Origin: Epithemia pelagica
Lineage: Eukaryota; Protista; Bacillariophyta
Direction: 5' to 3'
Assembly: GCA_946965045.2 (NCBI GenBank)
Contig: OX337228.1
Coordinates: 4,464,001-4,528,000 of the forward strand
Length of the DNA: 64,000 nt
Shown here: piece after piece, positions 18,820 to 29,399 of the stretch
Layout of the letters: each line of letters begins with the position of its first letter
How positions within the stretch are numbered: the stretch's first letter is position 1
Position numbers and translations under genes: made by a program
Notes under the pieces: generated by a model
Told to the model about the DNA's origin: nothing
Seen by the model: only the letters and a program-made list of their open reading frames with translations
The model's database searches: none

Positions 18820-20975
18820 CTACGAAGTGCGTCGTTTTTTCTTCGTCGTTCCACCAGAGCTATCATACTTGGCTTCAATATCTTTCCGCTCTTTTTTGAG
18901 TCGCTCAACCTTTTGTTTCAACACAGTCTTGGCACCACTAGAATCATTTTTCTTGTGTTCTGTCTCAATTTCCCTACGACGTCGATGAAGTGATTCGATT
19001 TTCTCCTTTTTGCGAGCAAGACCGTATTGCATCTTTCCATACAAATGAGCAGCTTTCCGACTCATCATGGTTTTGGCCAGCTCATAGGCCTCTTTCTCTT
19101 GCTTTTCTTCTCTCTTCTTCAAACTTCGTTTCTTTTGTTCTTCTTCATCATCCCCATCCTCCTCATCTACTTGATTCTCATCTGATTCGTCGCCTGATGG
19201 CTCTTTGACGGCGTCAGCACCCTCTTCCCCAACATTTCTGGACTCAAAGTTTTCCTCGGCATCACCTTCTTCTGTTCGATACAAATCAACTTTAGGATCT
19301 CTTTCAATCGATTCTCCATTCTTCAGTTTCTCAATTTCTTCCGCATATGCTGGTTTGTAGCATTCTTCGTCATCGTCCACCCAAGGAGAGAGATGAGGCG
19401 GCAACGAACAACCCACTGCATATCGCTCAATTGGCAGGAGAAACATAAAGTTGGCACAGTCGAGCAGCCATTGCGGTTGCACAAATTCACGTGACTTTGG
19501 AAGACTGTCATAGCTACTAGGCAGTTTTGGTCGATCAAAGATGTGATGAGTAATTGTTGGGTCGTCCGCTGTAATGAGACTGTGTTCACCTTCCCAACCG
19601 ACTTTCCCACCATATGCCAAACAAACAAGCTCCAAGTAGCCCCTTGGTACTTCACGAGATAGGAAGAAAGTAAGGCCTTGGAAAAGCTGCTTGCGTTTCA
19701 GCGCATCATCATCCAGTTCAACGTTTGACCCAGGAACAATCGATCGGTCGCGTTCGTGGGCTAACTCGTCGAGAGCGACCTTCAAAGGGGCCGACACATC
19801 GACTTCATCCTTTTCCTCGTCTTGGTCTTCTCCTGCTTCAAGTTCAATACTTTTCAGAGCCTCATCGACGCTTTTTAACAAAGATTTTTTATTCTCACGC
19901 TTTCCTTCGACCGACGTTGTACCAGGAGTTGTCTTCGTTCCTGCATCGTTTTGAACCGAATCGGCAACCACATTTCTGATCGATCCTGTTGATTGAAGGA
20001 CATTTGTTAATGATCTTAGGTTTCCTCCAAGTATTGCACTTGTTGAACCGACCACTTCACGGCCCATGTCCTTTAAAGGAAAAGGATATCTCAAACCGAT
20101 GTCACTGTAAAGTTTGAACAGGACAAAGTCGAGAAGTGTCTCATAAAACTCGAAAAATGTCGTCATAACACGGTAGTCAACATCAGCAGGGAGGTACTGT
20201 GTGAAGGAATGAGGAATGACCCATCTAACAGTGACATTTTGGATAAGAGCTTCCATGTAGACCCCCTTAACCGAAATGAAAGACTTGCAAATGGCACAGG
20301 TGGTAGAACAGTAGGCTCCCCACGCCGCGGCAAGTTTCTTAGCTTTGTTGGTGAATTTGGGAGCTATACCGCGATCTGCCGGAAGAGCTGCAAACAAAAA
20401 GGTCAAGGTCAATGCATCATCCATGTCGGACAAAGCATCTTGAAACCGGGGGTACCTCTCTTTGACCAAATGATTCAACGTATACGTCGGAACAGTTTCA
20501 TGCCGACGAAGGGCTTCATCTCTTTCATTTCTTCCAGCCGCCCGTCGAACCTAACAAGAGAATACGTATTCAGCGCACATATCTTCAATCAGTTGCCAAC
20601 AAAAGGCAAAATGAAAAAGCTTACCTTCTTCATGAAGGCGCGATATTCTCGAAATTTCTCCAGAACAGGTTCATGTGCAATCGCTTTAATGTCCTTGATA
20701 TGATAGTACGACTGGCCTTTCTTGTTTCCAGGAACACGACCATGAGGCTGGCGTGGGTAAATCCCTTTTAAAATGCATAAACGACGAAAGTCTTTCAACG
20801 TCACTTGAAGCATTTTCAAGCACTTCGAACGGCCGATAAAAGTTGCTTCCAATCCAGCATGTCCTTTCTTTTGCTTCTTTCCCATACGTGAGAGCTTGCG
20901 CTCACTCCCTACGCTGCTGCTAAGTGCAGCCTTGATGGACTTCTTTTTCACCCTTCCTTTCACTCGATTGCCCAT
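18820..20975 (-). CDS. PES1: Pescadillo/Nop7 ribosome biogenesis factor with BRCT domain; 2 exons
   Basis: LQVTLKDFRRLCILKGIYPR, HLVKERYPRFQDALSDMDDAL, VDYRVMTTFFEFY, FVQPQWLLDCAN, LPPHLSPWVD. Intron 20551-20624 joins FMKK|VRRAAG. Confidence 0.95.
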
Positions 20976-21264
20976 CGTTTGTCTGTTTACTTCTCTTTGA
21001 TGTCTCACTCGTTGTGATGGTTCTTGATGAACGACGAGAGATGAAAAAAATAAGAATTTGTTGGCTGCAGCTCAAGAGGAAGTCTGTCCGCCGCCGTCAC
21101 CATGAGACACAACACACAACACACACATCAACCAAAAAGATACCCCGCAAGATGGAAGATGCCACATATCCTCAATCTCACGACACGCTCCACTTGTCAA
21201 TTCGCAACACTCTTGGTGTGATTGTCTCTTTCCATTCGATATCGTCAATCCGATTCATCACATC

Positions 21265-21696
21265 ATGGTTAACTACTCCTTCTTTTCGGTTGCATGTCTC
21301 ATCGTGGCTTGTGTCCAGGCCTTCGTTCCGGCGCCAAGAGCAAACTTTGCCGTGAGTCCGATGGTGGGAGCTCCCTCCACAACCCAACCGATGCCTCAGG
21401 AGCAATTGTATTATGTTCCTGCGGCGTTGCAACGACAGAGAAAATCGGTCGCCCCAGTGCAAACAATGGGACTTTTTGGATTGGGAGTACCAGAAATTGG
21501 CGTAATCCTTGTCGCAGCTGCCTTCTTGCTCGGACCACAGAAACTGGCAGAACTCGGCAAGGATGCCGGAAAGATTGCAGGTGAATTGAAGGAAGTTCCC
21601 AAGGAATTTCAGAAGGGATTGGAGGAAGGAGAGCAACAAGCTAAACTCATGAAAGCTGAAAATGAAGCTGCTCCAGCTGAAGAACAAAAGGAGTAA
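21265..21696 (+). CDS. Plastid-targeted TatA/TatB (Tha4/Hcf106)-family protein translocase subunit, paralog 1
   Basis: Bipartite presequence (VACVQA|FVP). Mature GLFGLGVPEIGVILVAAAFLLGPQKLAELGK transmembrane helix, hinge and amphipathic helix. Confidence 0.9.
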   Translation: MVNYSFFSVACLIVACVQAFVPAPRANFAVSPMVGAPSTTQPMPQEQLYYVPAALQRQRKSVAPVQTMGLFGLGVPEIGVILVAAAFLLGPQKLAELGKDAGKIAGELKEVPKEFQKGLEEGEQQAKLMKAENEAAPAEEQKE

Positions 21697-21710
21697 GAAC
21701 AAAAGGAGTA
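21681..21710 (+). repeat. 15-bp perfect tandem duplication (AGAACAAAAGGAGTA x2) spanning the stop codon of Tat paralog 1
   Basis: Read directly: 21681-21695 equals 21696-21710. Confidence 0.9.
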
Positions 21711-21951
21711 GACTAGGAAGAGAAGATGAGCTTAAGAAGTCATGAATTTGGAAAGGACACCGAATCAGATAAAACTGGGAAGACTTGAATAAAATAGTAT
21801 AAGTCTATTAGTCATTTGTTAGCAATTGGTTATCACCACCGATGGATATGGATTGGTTTATGTTTGAGGAGTAGTTCGAAACAGTAATACTCCCACTACA
21901 ATTGTGAAGATGCTCAATCTCAACGGCTTCTCGCATTCTGTGATCATCTTT

Positions 21952-22494
21952 CTATTCCTCATTCTCGCAATCTTGTTTTGTTTCTTCTCTCACAATCTTG
22001 ATTCGTTTGGCATTACGCGCTCTTGCTTCGGTCTCTCCTTCTTCCATACCTTTCTGAAATTCATCCGGAACACGCTTGAGCTCTTCCGATATCTCTTGTG
22101 CTCTAGAACTTGAGGTTTTCGCAATTCGGCCAATATTTTCGGGTCCTAGAACAGCACCCAGGACAAGTAATATGACAGCTATTTCTCCAAATCCCAAACC
22201 AAATAGTTGTGTCTGCACGGATGCAACTGACTTGCGCTGGATTCCGATCGACTTGGGAATAATCATGATCCGGTTGTTGCTCGCTCTGCTCCAGAACGTG
22301 ACCTCTCTCACGAAGCTAAGGGGTGCATGTGGAACCCGAACGATTCCATTGTCGAGAATCGAACGGCGTAGCGCATACGAGGACTGGGGAGGAAGAAACG
22401 CAAATGCGGAAGGGATTATTCTATGGAGGCATAAGAATGCACATACTCCCACAGCGAGAACGAGTTTATCAATGCTCATGGATCGATGCATCAT
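21952..22494 (-). CDS. Plastid-targeted TatA/TatB-family protein, paralog 2 (more divergent)
   Basis: Presequence with SAFA|FLPP. Mature LFGLGFGEIAVILLVLGAVLGPENIG and ELKRVPDEFQKGMEEGE, shared with paralog 1. Confidence 0.85.
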   Translation of the reverse strand: MMHRSMSIDKLVLAVGVCAFLCLHRIIPSAFAFLPPQSSYALRRSILDNGIVRVPHAPLSFVREVTFWSRASNNRIMIIPKSIGIQRKSVASVQTQLFGLGFGEIAVILLVLGAVLGPENIGRIAKTSSSRAQEISEELKRVPDEFQKGMEEGETEARARNAKRIKIVREETKQDCENEE

Positions 22495-23226
22495 CGCATT
22501 CTCTTGGGTGATGTTTTTTCAGTTTCTGTCTCTCTTTCCCAAGATCTGTCTCATCCATGATAGATACCCATGACATCTGATATGTGGCTAGCCGGCAAGG
22601 AGTACCTTAGCTGATGTCCATTCATCCCTATTTCAACCAACAGACATTTCAACTTTCAACGGAGAGCCTGCAAGCGGACGATGATCCGAACGGACCCAAT
22701 GACGCGACTGCCAAAGATCGATCCCAACTAAAGATCGCGTGGTTGTTCCGACCACGCGCGTGCAGGCATTCCCGATTTGACCGCACAGTTACTATAAAAG
22801 GTGTACAGTAGACGAGAGTCCCGGGAGTGTTTCAACCCGTTCAGAAAAAACATGGATCTAAATAACATTCGATGATCAAGACCAACAGAGGAAGCATCTG
22901 GTCGGTCCGGCGCTCCCAATAAATAGCAATGCGACAAAATGCATTGTTATCGGGTCCTATTATACGGGAAACTACGTAGAGAAAAGTACTGGAGCAACTT
23001 CTCCCCCATCGTTTTATATTTTTAGGCGTGGCCAAATTTTTCGAGGACCTAATATTCCAACAGACAATCCCATCTCTCGAATCACTCATCACTCATCACA
23101 CAACAGCAACAGGTCTGTTGGAGATCATTTCGTGGTTGGGTTTTGTTAAACTCTTCTCTGGAGGCACGTCAATACTTTGGAAGGTTTCTCTTCTTGATCT
23201 CTTAAAGCAGGAGAGGCTCCAAGGAA

Positions 23227-26200
23227 ATGTCCAGTTCATTGCAGCCACTGGAAGTCAGAATGGATGGTAAAGGAGCTGAAGTTGTGGCCGCTCTGCCCAA
23301 CGATGAAACATCGAAACAAAAGACGGCGGATACTGTAATGTCAGAAGAGAAGAAACAGGTAGAACCCAATGAAGAAAATGCTGTGGCAGCTCAAGCTGTC
23401 GCTGCGAAAAGAGCGGAAAAAGTTCCGGAATCCTTTCAAGAGCCGTCGGTTGATGTCTCGATGATGTCACCAAATGACGCACCGAAACAAACTGTCAGCG
23501 GTGAAGCTGCACTGCATTCCTCAGCTGCAGCAAAAGCTACATCCGGCACCAAGTCAACGGTCAATGGATCGGCTAAAGAGAAAAACCAAGATGCGGTTGG
23601 TGGTGCTGATCAAGAAACGTCCACATCGAACCATGCTCATCAAGCCAACAATGACGACGAAGATTCATCCAATGATGACAGTTCATACTTTGCTGACCCA
23701 AATAACTTGCCTGTTCCAGGTGAGGGCGGTCGAAAGTACTCTTACAGCAGTCATCACTCCACCACCAGGAACAACGCGAAGGGCCGAGAAAGCGACGCAA
23801 GTTTGTCTTTGTCTGAAGACAGTGACGACGCCAACAATCAAGGCAACAACGTTGCGATTTATGGTCAACGGGAAGCTCCTGAAGTTTTCCCCCAGCAACG
23901 AATCACTCGAATGCACTCGGTGGGTTCTTTGGTGAGCACGTCTTCCCAGAACACAGAGGATGACTTTGGCAATCGCAGGGAATTTTATCATCGAGGCAAG
24001 AATCGTCCTTATGATGGTCAGGGTCCTGATAACTCTGGCCGTGTCGCTCAGGGAGGTCCACATTTAATGTATCCTGCCCACGGTCAACATCAACAGTATC
24101 CTCAGGGACCTCCCACATCCTTCGTCCCGGACAATCGACAGTACCAATTTCCTCAGAATTACCCACAGCCACAAATATTGGGTCAGGAACAATGGATGGC
24201 TGCTGCGAGGGCCGAGTCCAATAACATGCCCCCGAATTCAGGTGGTATCATGGACGGATCAATGCAGTACAACGAGGAAGGAGGAGTGCGCGGGGTTAAC
24301 GGGTCTTCGCTTTACCAGAACAACGGAGGTGGATCTGCCACTGGAAAGAAGCCGTCGAGCCGTCGGGCTCCGCGAGAAGGGAAAAGACGAAACAAAGGCC
24401 GCGACGAACCTCCCAATCCAGAGCCACAGGAAGACCATATGGATGGTGACGGAAATTTTAAGGTTTATTGGCAACGCTGGATCATGCTCATGTACATGTC
24501 GATTCTGAATCTTCTGGTAAGTGCAATTTGCTTAATTCATCGAGGCCACCTGATGTAAGTGGGTTCTAACTTTTCGCCATATCTCTTTCTCTTCCTCAGT
24601 CGGACTGGACATGTTATTCTGTCGCCCCAATTGCATTGCTCACTCAGGAAGCCTTTGGAGAAATTGATCCTGAAGAGCTCGTCACAATCTTTTTGGCTGC
24701 CAATGCGGTTGCTAGTGCGTGTGAACCGATTATCCTCTCTCGATTAGGGCTTCGCCGAACTGTCCTCTTTGGTGCCTTGCTTTTGATGGTTGGAAGTATG
24801 ATTAAGAGCGGAGGTATGCCTCCCATTATCCAAGCACATCTAGAAAAGGGCCACAGTGAGTGGCAGATTTACCTCGGATTCTTTCTGGTCGGTCTGAGTC
24901 AGCCACTGTACCAATGTACTCCGGCTTTGTTGTCCGCGTCATGGTTCCCGGAACGAGAGCGCACCATGGCTACTGGCGTTGCACTGAATGCAAATCAGCT
25001 CGGTATCGGATTTGCCTTTATCTTTGGAACATTGTTGGTGGCAGAAAGCGACGACATTCCTAGTTATTTTGGACTGCTCAGTATCGTGTCGACCGTCGCT
25101 TTTTTTGGTACCTTGTTCCAATTTGATGATGCACCCCCAACTCCACCTTCGGACAGTGCTCGTGTCATGCGTGGCACCCTTGAAGTCAATCTCCCAAGTG
25201 TTCAGACAATCTTGCAGTCCATTGGGGTTGGTAGCCAGCGAGATATGAAACGTGATATTAACGAAGCTATGAAGGATGGAAAGTCAGGAACCAAGTCGAG
25301 TAAGCACAGAAATTCCTCCGCCTCTGGAAAGGTTCGTCGTTCTGGGAAGTCATCGAGTGGCAAAAAGAGCCGAAGTGCAGGACCACCAGCATCTGATGGA
25401 CGTCGCCATCGTAGCCGCAACGTTCCATCCAGAAAACCAGAAGGTGGAAATGAACCCCAAGCTCCTCCTCCTTCCGCTGCTCTTTGGGGAGCTGTATCGG
25501 ATATTGTTGCGGCTCCCTCCCCGATGATGCCCGGCCCCGTTGGCGGTGGACCAACAGGTGGAAATGAAGATGGAGAAGGATTGGAACGGCGAGGCGATCA
25601 GCAGCCGGTTCCGGCAGGCTACCCGTTTGCGGGCGCTCCTCCCCCGATATACCCCGGAAGTATCGGTACTGGTGTACCCACAACAATCGCTCCGGTGCCT
25701 CAAGTAGGTTTTCCTGGTTCTGTTTATGGTGCACCACAAGGTATGCCTGGTTACGGCTCTTACCAGCAACCTCAAGGATATGGTGGTTATCAAATGGGTT
25801 ACCCTGGTTACCCATCATACCAGTTTCCTCCCCAGCCTCAACAGTTTTATCCACCTTCTCAACCAAGACAATCGGCTGGCCCCTACACCTACCATCACCA
25901 AATGCCGCGCCCAGATCTTCAAATGTACTCGGATCCTTACTCCGTTCTGCCTCCAGCAGAAGGAATTGATGCAGGAGCTGAGCCTGTTTTGACGATTACG
26001 CCGCACCACCTGGATATCGATATTCGCGATGATCAGATTCTCTTGGCGACTCGTGCTTGCTTCGCCCGTCCTGGTTTTATTCATTCATTGGTGTCTTTCA
26101 CCGTATCCGGCATTGTTATTAACACTCTGTCCACGTACATGGACTACTTGGTTCGTCTGAATGGAGCCGGACGTGAATATACCGGTATCATTGGTGGATC

Positions 26201-26906
26201 TTTTCAAGTCATTATCATGATCTCGAGTCTCATTATTGGAGGTCTTACGGATAAGTCCCGTGCATACTACTCTGTCACGATTGGAATGTTGGTTATTGGA
26301 GCTTTTGGTCTCGCCGAGTGTGGAGTGAGCTTGAACGCGGACCGAGGAAGCGATCTACGAGTGGCTCTAATTGTCGTTGCTGCGTTGGTTGGACCGTTGC
26401 AGCCGGTGTCAACTGAGTTGGGAGTAGAGGTTGTCTATCCTCTGAGCGAGAACACGGTGCTTGTTATCCAGCAGCTTTTTTCAAACTTGTTGAGTGCCCT
26501 TTTTATCCCTGTGTTCAAACAACTGAAAGATATTGGAATTGGAGACTCTGAAACTGATGAATCGAGTCACCCACAATACACATTCTCATTTTATTTACTG
26601 ATTGTGTTGCATGCTGGTGCCAGTAAGTACTTATGGTCGAAATATATGTGGATCTTTGTTCCTTTCTGGTCTCTTACATTTTTTTCTGCAGCTGTGTTCT
26701 TTGCGACTTTCAATGGGCGTTACTTGCGATACGAGCACGAATTGCAGAAGAAAGAAGAAAAGGAACGTAAACGCCAAGAGGCCATGGAAACTGCAAGTTT
26801 GGCCTCCATGGGAAGTTTCCAACCTTCGTTGATGTCAGGAGCAGAAGGTTATGACTCTATGGATGCAGAACGCCAACCACTGGTCGTGCAACAGCAAATT
26901 GTTTAA
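23227..26906 (+). CDS. Major facilitator superfamily transporter, FLVCR/SLC49-like, with a long disordered N-terminus and a large central loop; 3 exons
   Basis: KVYWQRWIMLMYMSILNLL|SDWTCYSVAPI across intron 24517-24599. LGLRRTVLFGALL, SQPLYQCTPALLSASWFPERERTMAT, ELGVEVVYPLSE. A probable 69-nt in-frame intron at 26623-26691. Confidence 0.88.
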
Positions 26907-27115
26907 AGAGAGTGTAATGCTATCAAAAGAAGTTATACGTGTCTAACTCATATTCCATCACTAGAAGTACCAGGACCCAAATGGTTGTTCCAAGACCTGC
27001 GTTTTTCCACGCTACATATCTTAGTTGGGACTCTACTTATGGTCACAGTGAGAACTTCATCTTTCTAGTAAAAAGACGAGATGCAGGAAAGTCAAGCCAA
27101 CTAAATAAGAATACC

Positions 27116-28795
27116 CTACGCGCATTGGTAACTGTCAGGGGAAAAGCTCTTGACAAGTTGGTTTGGAATGGCAGTGCCCTGAGACGAGTGAGTGACGCTT
27201 GTAATTTGGATTGGACAGAGCAAGGTTTCGGATCGGAACCCAACCTGTACGGGGAAAAAGACATCGGTATTGGCCCCTGCAACGGTGAATTCCAGGGATC
27301 CGGACGCATTGTTAGCATCCACCTGGTCAAAGTGCCAGCACAGCATACCAGAAGCGGGATCATGCTTGAAAATGCCATCAATACTTTCAACGGCTGGTGG
27401 ATCTGTCGTTCCCAAGGGCAAAAGGATGTTGACATCAAACAGTACCAAGTCTTTACGTGTGAGTTCCATTTCGATGTTGACATTGATGGTTCCCGTTCCT
27501 TCGTCCTCAGGCCAACAGTTGATCGTCAAGGGAGCCGCATCTTCACCTGAATACGACCAACGCAATATTCCGACACCACGCTGCAAGGGAAACTCTTTTC
27601 CCCCCTTGAGAGACAAGACACCCTTTGCCTCGTAATTCTTCTTGTCGACTTTGGGGTGAGTGGCATAGGAAAATTCCTTTGGAAGCATGTCCTTGTTCAC
27701 CGCAACAAGGGCCATTGACCCAGCTTCTGTATTGGCAGTCAAAGTGAGCGTTCCCTTGACTTCGCAACTTTGTACATCACCTTCCCGATTCATTTGAACA
27801 GTGATCTTTTCTTCGAGGGTCAAGGACAGCGGTGTGGATGGTACGGCGGCCGGAGCTTGCGCTGGGGTCGAAAAATCGAATGCCGCTTTCCCACCACCTC
27901 CCATGGGGAAAAGATTATCTTCGGCTGCCATTGCGGCCAACAGGTTGTCTTTCTTTGCACCACCTGGAGCCCGAGGACCGCCGCCACCTCCTAGCTTCAA
28001 ACCTTGTTTGGCGATCACCTTTGGAGCTTCGGAGGGAGCTGCCTGGGGTGCCAAATGAGCATACGGGTCATTGAAACTCGGTTGCTGCTCTTGTTGCTGT
28101 TGAAAGGGATCAAACATTCCTTGAGCTTGAGGTCCGCCGCCACCGAAACCCTCCATGCCACTGAGTTTTCCGGCCGTTGGTGCATTTCCCCCAGAAACCA
28201 AATTTTGTCGTATGTTTTCCATTTGTTGTTTCCGCAATTCTTTGGCGACATTCTCTGCTTTTTTCTTGGCCTCGTCCTCTTTTGCCAATTTGAGTGCCAT
28301 ATGAATTTTCTCCTCATGGGATTCCATGAGTAAATTGGTTCGAATGCTGCTCAATGTGGCTTCTTCCTTGTATCCACCCGCGGTAAGTACTTCATCAAAG
28401 GCGAAAATGAGATCAAATGCCTTTTCTGCTATTGCGTGCTCTTGCAGCCCACCAGCAACGTCCGGGACAACTTTTGCAAGAAGACGCAACGTTGACAAAT
28501 CCTCCACAATGTTCGAAGTCTTGGTGGTGATAAGGAGTAGATAGATGGCATTTTCAAGAGGTTGGTATACGTAGCGTACAGTATCAGTTTCAACGTATGT
28601 ATGTTGTTGGGCATGTCCAACCAATTTTGGGAAAGCAGCCAAGAGTCCTTCCACTCGAAGCCGATTCATTTCGACAAACTGGCGACTGACGAGGGCCTTG
28701 CCTTGACGGGTGCAAACTGACACTGAAAGCACCACCTAAATTTTGGTGGACAAGGTGGCGGTATGAGATGAACCATTTTGGAAATAATAAACCAT
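27116..28795 (-). CDS. ARCN1: Coatomer subunit delta; the first coding exon is the ATG only
   Basis: VVLSVSVCTRQGKALVSRQFVEM.R.RVEGLLAAFPKL, YVETDTVRYVYQP, SNIVEDLSTLRLL, C-terminal mu-homology domain (INCWP, SGSLEF, FFPVQVGF). Proposed intron 28736-28792; an alternative ATG at 28776 is possible. Confidence 0.93.
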
Positions 28796-29399
28796 GAAAC
28801 ACATCAGAGAACCGAGGAATGGATTTCGGGACCATCAACATTATGGTCGGCAATAACATAGCTCAAACAACCGTTGGGATGTAACTACATGCAACAATGA
28901 CTGAACCATCTTCCGCATGGTAGCGTGACCGCGTCCGCAGTAGCCGATGTACAACGTACCATTGTCACAACTCGAGATTTTCCTGATCAGTAAACTGCGT
29001 CTTCTAATGAATATAAAACTATGTAAGAAGCTGTTTCGAAGATCTTCGCACGGATCACTGAGACAGATCTGCCGATGAGATACGATCTCTCCAAGTTGTT
29101 GCTTTGCGTTGGCTGTGGACGCAAAGATGACTTTCGAGGACATCCTCATTCCTTTCCAAAGAGGAAGCAGCCCCCCCAAAAGTGAGGACTTTCGGGGGCA
29201 GGACTCGCCCCGGATGCGAAGGGCAGAAGCCAGATAAAATGAAGTCCGTGACTGACACTCGGAAGTGAAGAGCGCGCCATATTGGCACGCTTGCATACTA
29301 CGCCGGGACGGCCTTCCCGCTCTCTCTTTGGAACGAGGAGGTGACCACAAATAATTCGCCAAGTAATCAACTTGATTGGTAATTGCATCGCAGGTAACG

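Noticed and set aside
22600-23200. Possible ncRNA after a TATAAAAG box at about 22795
   Set aside because: No tRNA A/B boxes, snRNA Sm site or paired C/D boxes could be supported.
26939-27550. 203-aa plus-strand ORF
   Set aside because: Antisense to the conserved delta-COP C-terminal domain; no motif.
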